A stretch of 64,000 nucleotides of DNA. Source: a virus (taxonomy: Duplodnaviria; Caudoviricetes). The stretch spans positions 23,268-87,267 of the IMG/VR virus record IMGVR_UViG_3300028048_001915; one strand, given 5' to 3'. Below, in pieces: positions 62,491 to 64,000 of the stretch. Position 1 is the first letter of the stretch. Each line of letters starts with the position of its first letter. The notes under the pieces were generated by a model, which searched no databases, was not told the DNA's origin, and worked only from the letters and a program-made list of their open reading frames with translations. Made by a program: the position numbers and the translations under genes.

Positions 62491-62964
62491 ATGCAAGACA
62501 TACAACAAAAACTAGACAAATACAATACACCATATGTTCCTGGAGAAAAAAGAAGTCCGGAATATGAAAGACAGATCAGACAGAAACAGACATTGAAAAG
62601 AAGAATAAGTATAGCTAAAAGTTTAAAATATGAAGCTAAATACTTATTAATCAATGAAAATAATCTGGAACAAGTTTATTATTTAATTTCTTTATTCAAT
62701 GATAAATTTAAGATGTTACATAAAAGAGCATCTGAAGAAACAATAATATTAGCTTTCATATTTTATACTGTACGCTTAGATGATAGTCGTATTAATCTGA
62801 ATAATTATCGTATCAGTAAAAAGTATCATTTGAATGATCAGGTTTTTAGTTTGATTATTAGTCGTATGTTTCATATTGTTATGCAGGAAAAGCCTATTGT
62901 TCCGTCATTGACTACTGATTATAATCATGATGTTTTATATGATACTCATGGGAAAATTAAATAG
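62491..62964 (+). CDS. Putative TFB-like cyclin-fold protein
   Basis: Helical; HKRASEETIILAFIFY resembles the TFB cyclin-repeat GRS-EA-AAAC-Y segment. Confidence 0.4.
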   Translation: MQDIQQKLDKYNTPYVPGEKRSPEYERQIRQKQTLKRRISIAKSLKYEAKYLLINENNLEQVYYLISLFNDKFKMLHKRASEETIILAFIFYTVRLDDSRINLNNYRISKKYHLNDQVFSLIISRMFHIVMQEKPIVPSLTTDYNHDVLYDTHGKIK

Positions 62965-62992
62965 TAAAATATAAAAAAGTAACTTTTTATTA
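62960..62992 (+). promoter_or_regulatory. 33-bp motif, copy 2
   Basis: AATAGTAAAATATAAAAAAGTAACTTTTTATTA; 2 mismatches to 21851-21883. Confidence 0.7.
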
Positions 62993-63002
62993 GATAGTAA
63001 TA

Positions 63003-63037
63003 TGAAATAGCTGGAAAACAAATTTCTGGTTATTTCA
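63003..63037 (+). other. RNA hairpin (14-15 bp including three G-U pairs), terminator or small RNA
   Basis: GAAATAGCTGGAAA-ACAAA-TTTCTGGTTATTTC pairs fully only as plus-strand RNA. Confidence 0.5.
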
Positions 63038-63421
63038 ATGCTAAAGCAAATTTGTAAATGGACTATCCAATATTAGGAAAATAACTGTTCATAACCTCGA
63101 TAAATGGAGGATTAAAAATAATAGGAGTATTTTAATATAATAAAAGAAGAAAGATTAATTTGATAATATAAATGCATTTCGATTTTCACGTTCTAGATAT
63201 TAAAAATATCGTAATAGTCTCTCTATATTTTATGAATTATTTACTCCATTTTTTGCTATAATTAAAAAAAAAGGGGAATATATAAAGGAAAAGTTTTCAT
63301 TGTTTAAACATCAATTTACAATTTTTCATCAATTAATCGCTATTTAGTTGGTTGCGGGAACACTTTTTTCTTCTTTTATTTTATTCCTATTTTTTTATCC
63401 CCCATTTTTTGTTTTAATTTC

Positions 63422-64000
63422 TTATCGATATTTATCTAATATATCATCATCACTTTTATTCTCTAAAGCAGCTATTCTTTCCATTATTTGAGATTGTTGT
63501 TTAGTCAAAGTATTTTGCAGTTCTTCGTTTTTATTTTCTAATTCGTTAATTTTTTCTTCCATTTCCCGCCTTACATCTGAAGTGTATACCTTTGTTTCAG
63601 TATTTTCAAGACTTAAATCAGGTATTGCTGCCATGTATGCTTCATACACATCATTATCATCAATTTTAATATAACTAGGGTCTGTTTTCATAGGACTTAC
63701 ATGCCCTTCAATCAAAGAACATATTCTTAAATCACCACAGTTTCGACTTATCATAGTTTCAAAGTATTTCCTGCAAGCATGCGCATGAAATTTAGGGATT
63801 TTCTCTATTGCTTTTTGTTTATCTTCTTTAGATATTTCCCCATTTTTTATTTTTTCATCAATTATTTTAATGTGATGTTCTCTTAATTTTTTATTTTTTT
63901 CAGTAAATGCTTCCGATACAGATATTTGTTGTAATTGACCTTTAAAAAACTTTTTTTTACTTGAAAATAATGAATCTTCTTTTGTTAATTCTAAATTCAT
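63422..64000 (-). CDS. Tyrosine recombinase/integrase, C-terminal part (runs off the window)
   Basis: FHAHACRKYF (HxxR), IEGH and downstream Y; C-terminal coiled coil. Confidence 0.8.
   Translation of the reverse strand: MNLELTKEDSLFSSKKKFFKGQLQQISVSEAFTEKNKKLREHHIKIIDEKIKNGEISKEDKQKAIEKIPKFHAHACRKYFETMISRNCGDLRICSLIEGHVSPMKTDPSYIKIDDNDVYEAYMAAIPDLSLENTETKVYTSDVRREMEEKINELENKNEELQNTLTKQQSQIMERIAALENKSDDDILDKYR

Noticed and set aside
21851-62992. The 33-bp direct repeat pair as attL/attR
   Set aside because: Recombination would separate the structural genes from the replication genes and leave the integrase outside. The core also recurs at three promoters, so a regulatory role fits better.

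Overview
The window is about 64 kb of an AT-rich (roughly 30% GC by eye) tailed archaeal virus or provirus (Caudoviricetes). The host is most likely a Methanobacteriales methanogen (Methanobrevibacter/Methanosphaera-like), judged from MCM, PCNA, TFB-like genes, GGTGA-type Shine-Dalgarno sites and a tail-associated Cys-His-Asp peptidase resembling pseudomurein endopeptidases. Positions 1-21.8 kb (minus strand) hold the late operon: terminase, portal, MuF, protease-scaffold, HK97 capsid, neck, sheath and tube (contractile tail), tape measure and hub. Positions 22.6-39.2 kb (minus) hold small paralogous genes plus a replication module (DinG-like helicase, MCM, annealing protein, OB-fold SSB) and an AcrIII-1/DUF1874 homologue. 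Positions 39.2-48.8 kb are a regulatory and accessory island containing a complete type IV-B-like CRISPR effector operon (csf1-cas11-csf2-csf3-cas6-cysH) with no CRISPR array visible. Positions 48.9-63 kb (plus) carry ASCH, tRNA-Leu, ThyA, ferredoxin, PCNA and an ERCC4 nuclease, followed by a partial tyrosine recombinase. The most notable items are the array-less type IV-B module carrying Cas6, three anticodon-less tRNA-like RNAs (acceptor stem plus T-arm) in the late region, twin structured leader elements, a five-copy promoter motif of which two copies point into non-coding DNA, a probable +1 frameshift extending the capsid protein, and a MuF-metallopeptidase toxin. All protein calls come from motif recognition by eye; no database searches were run.
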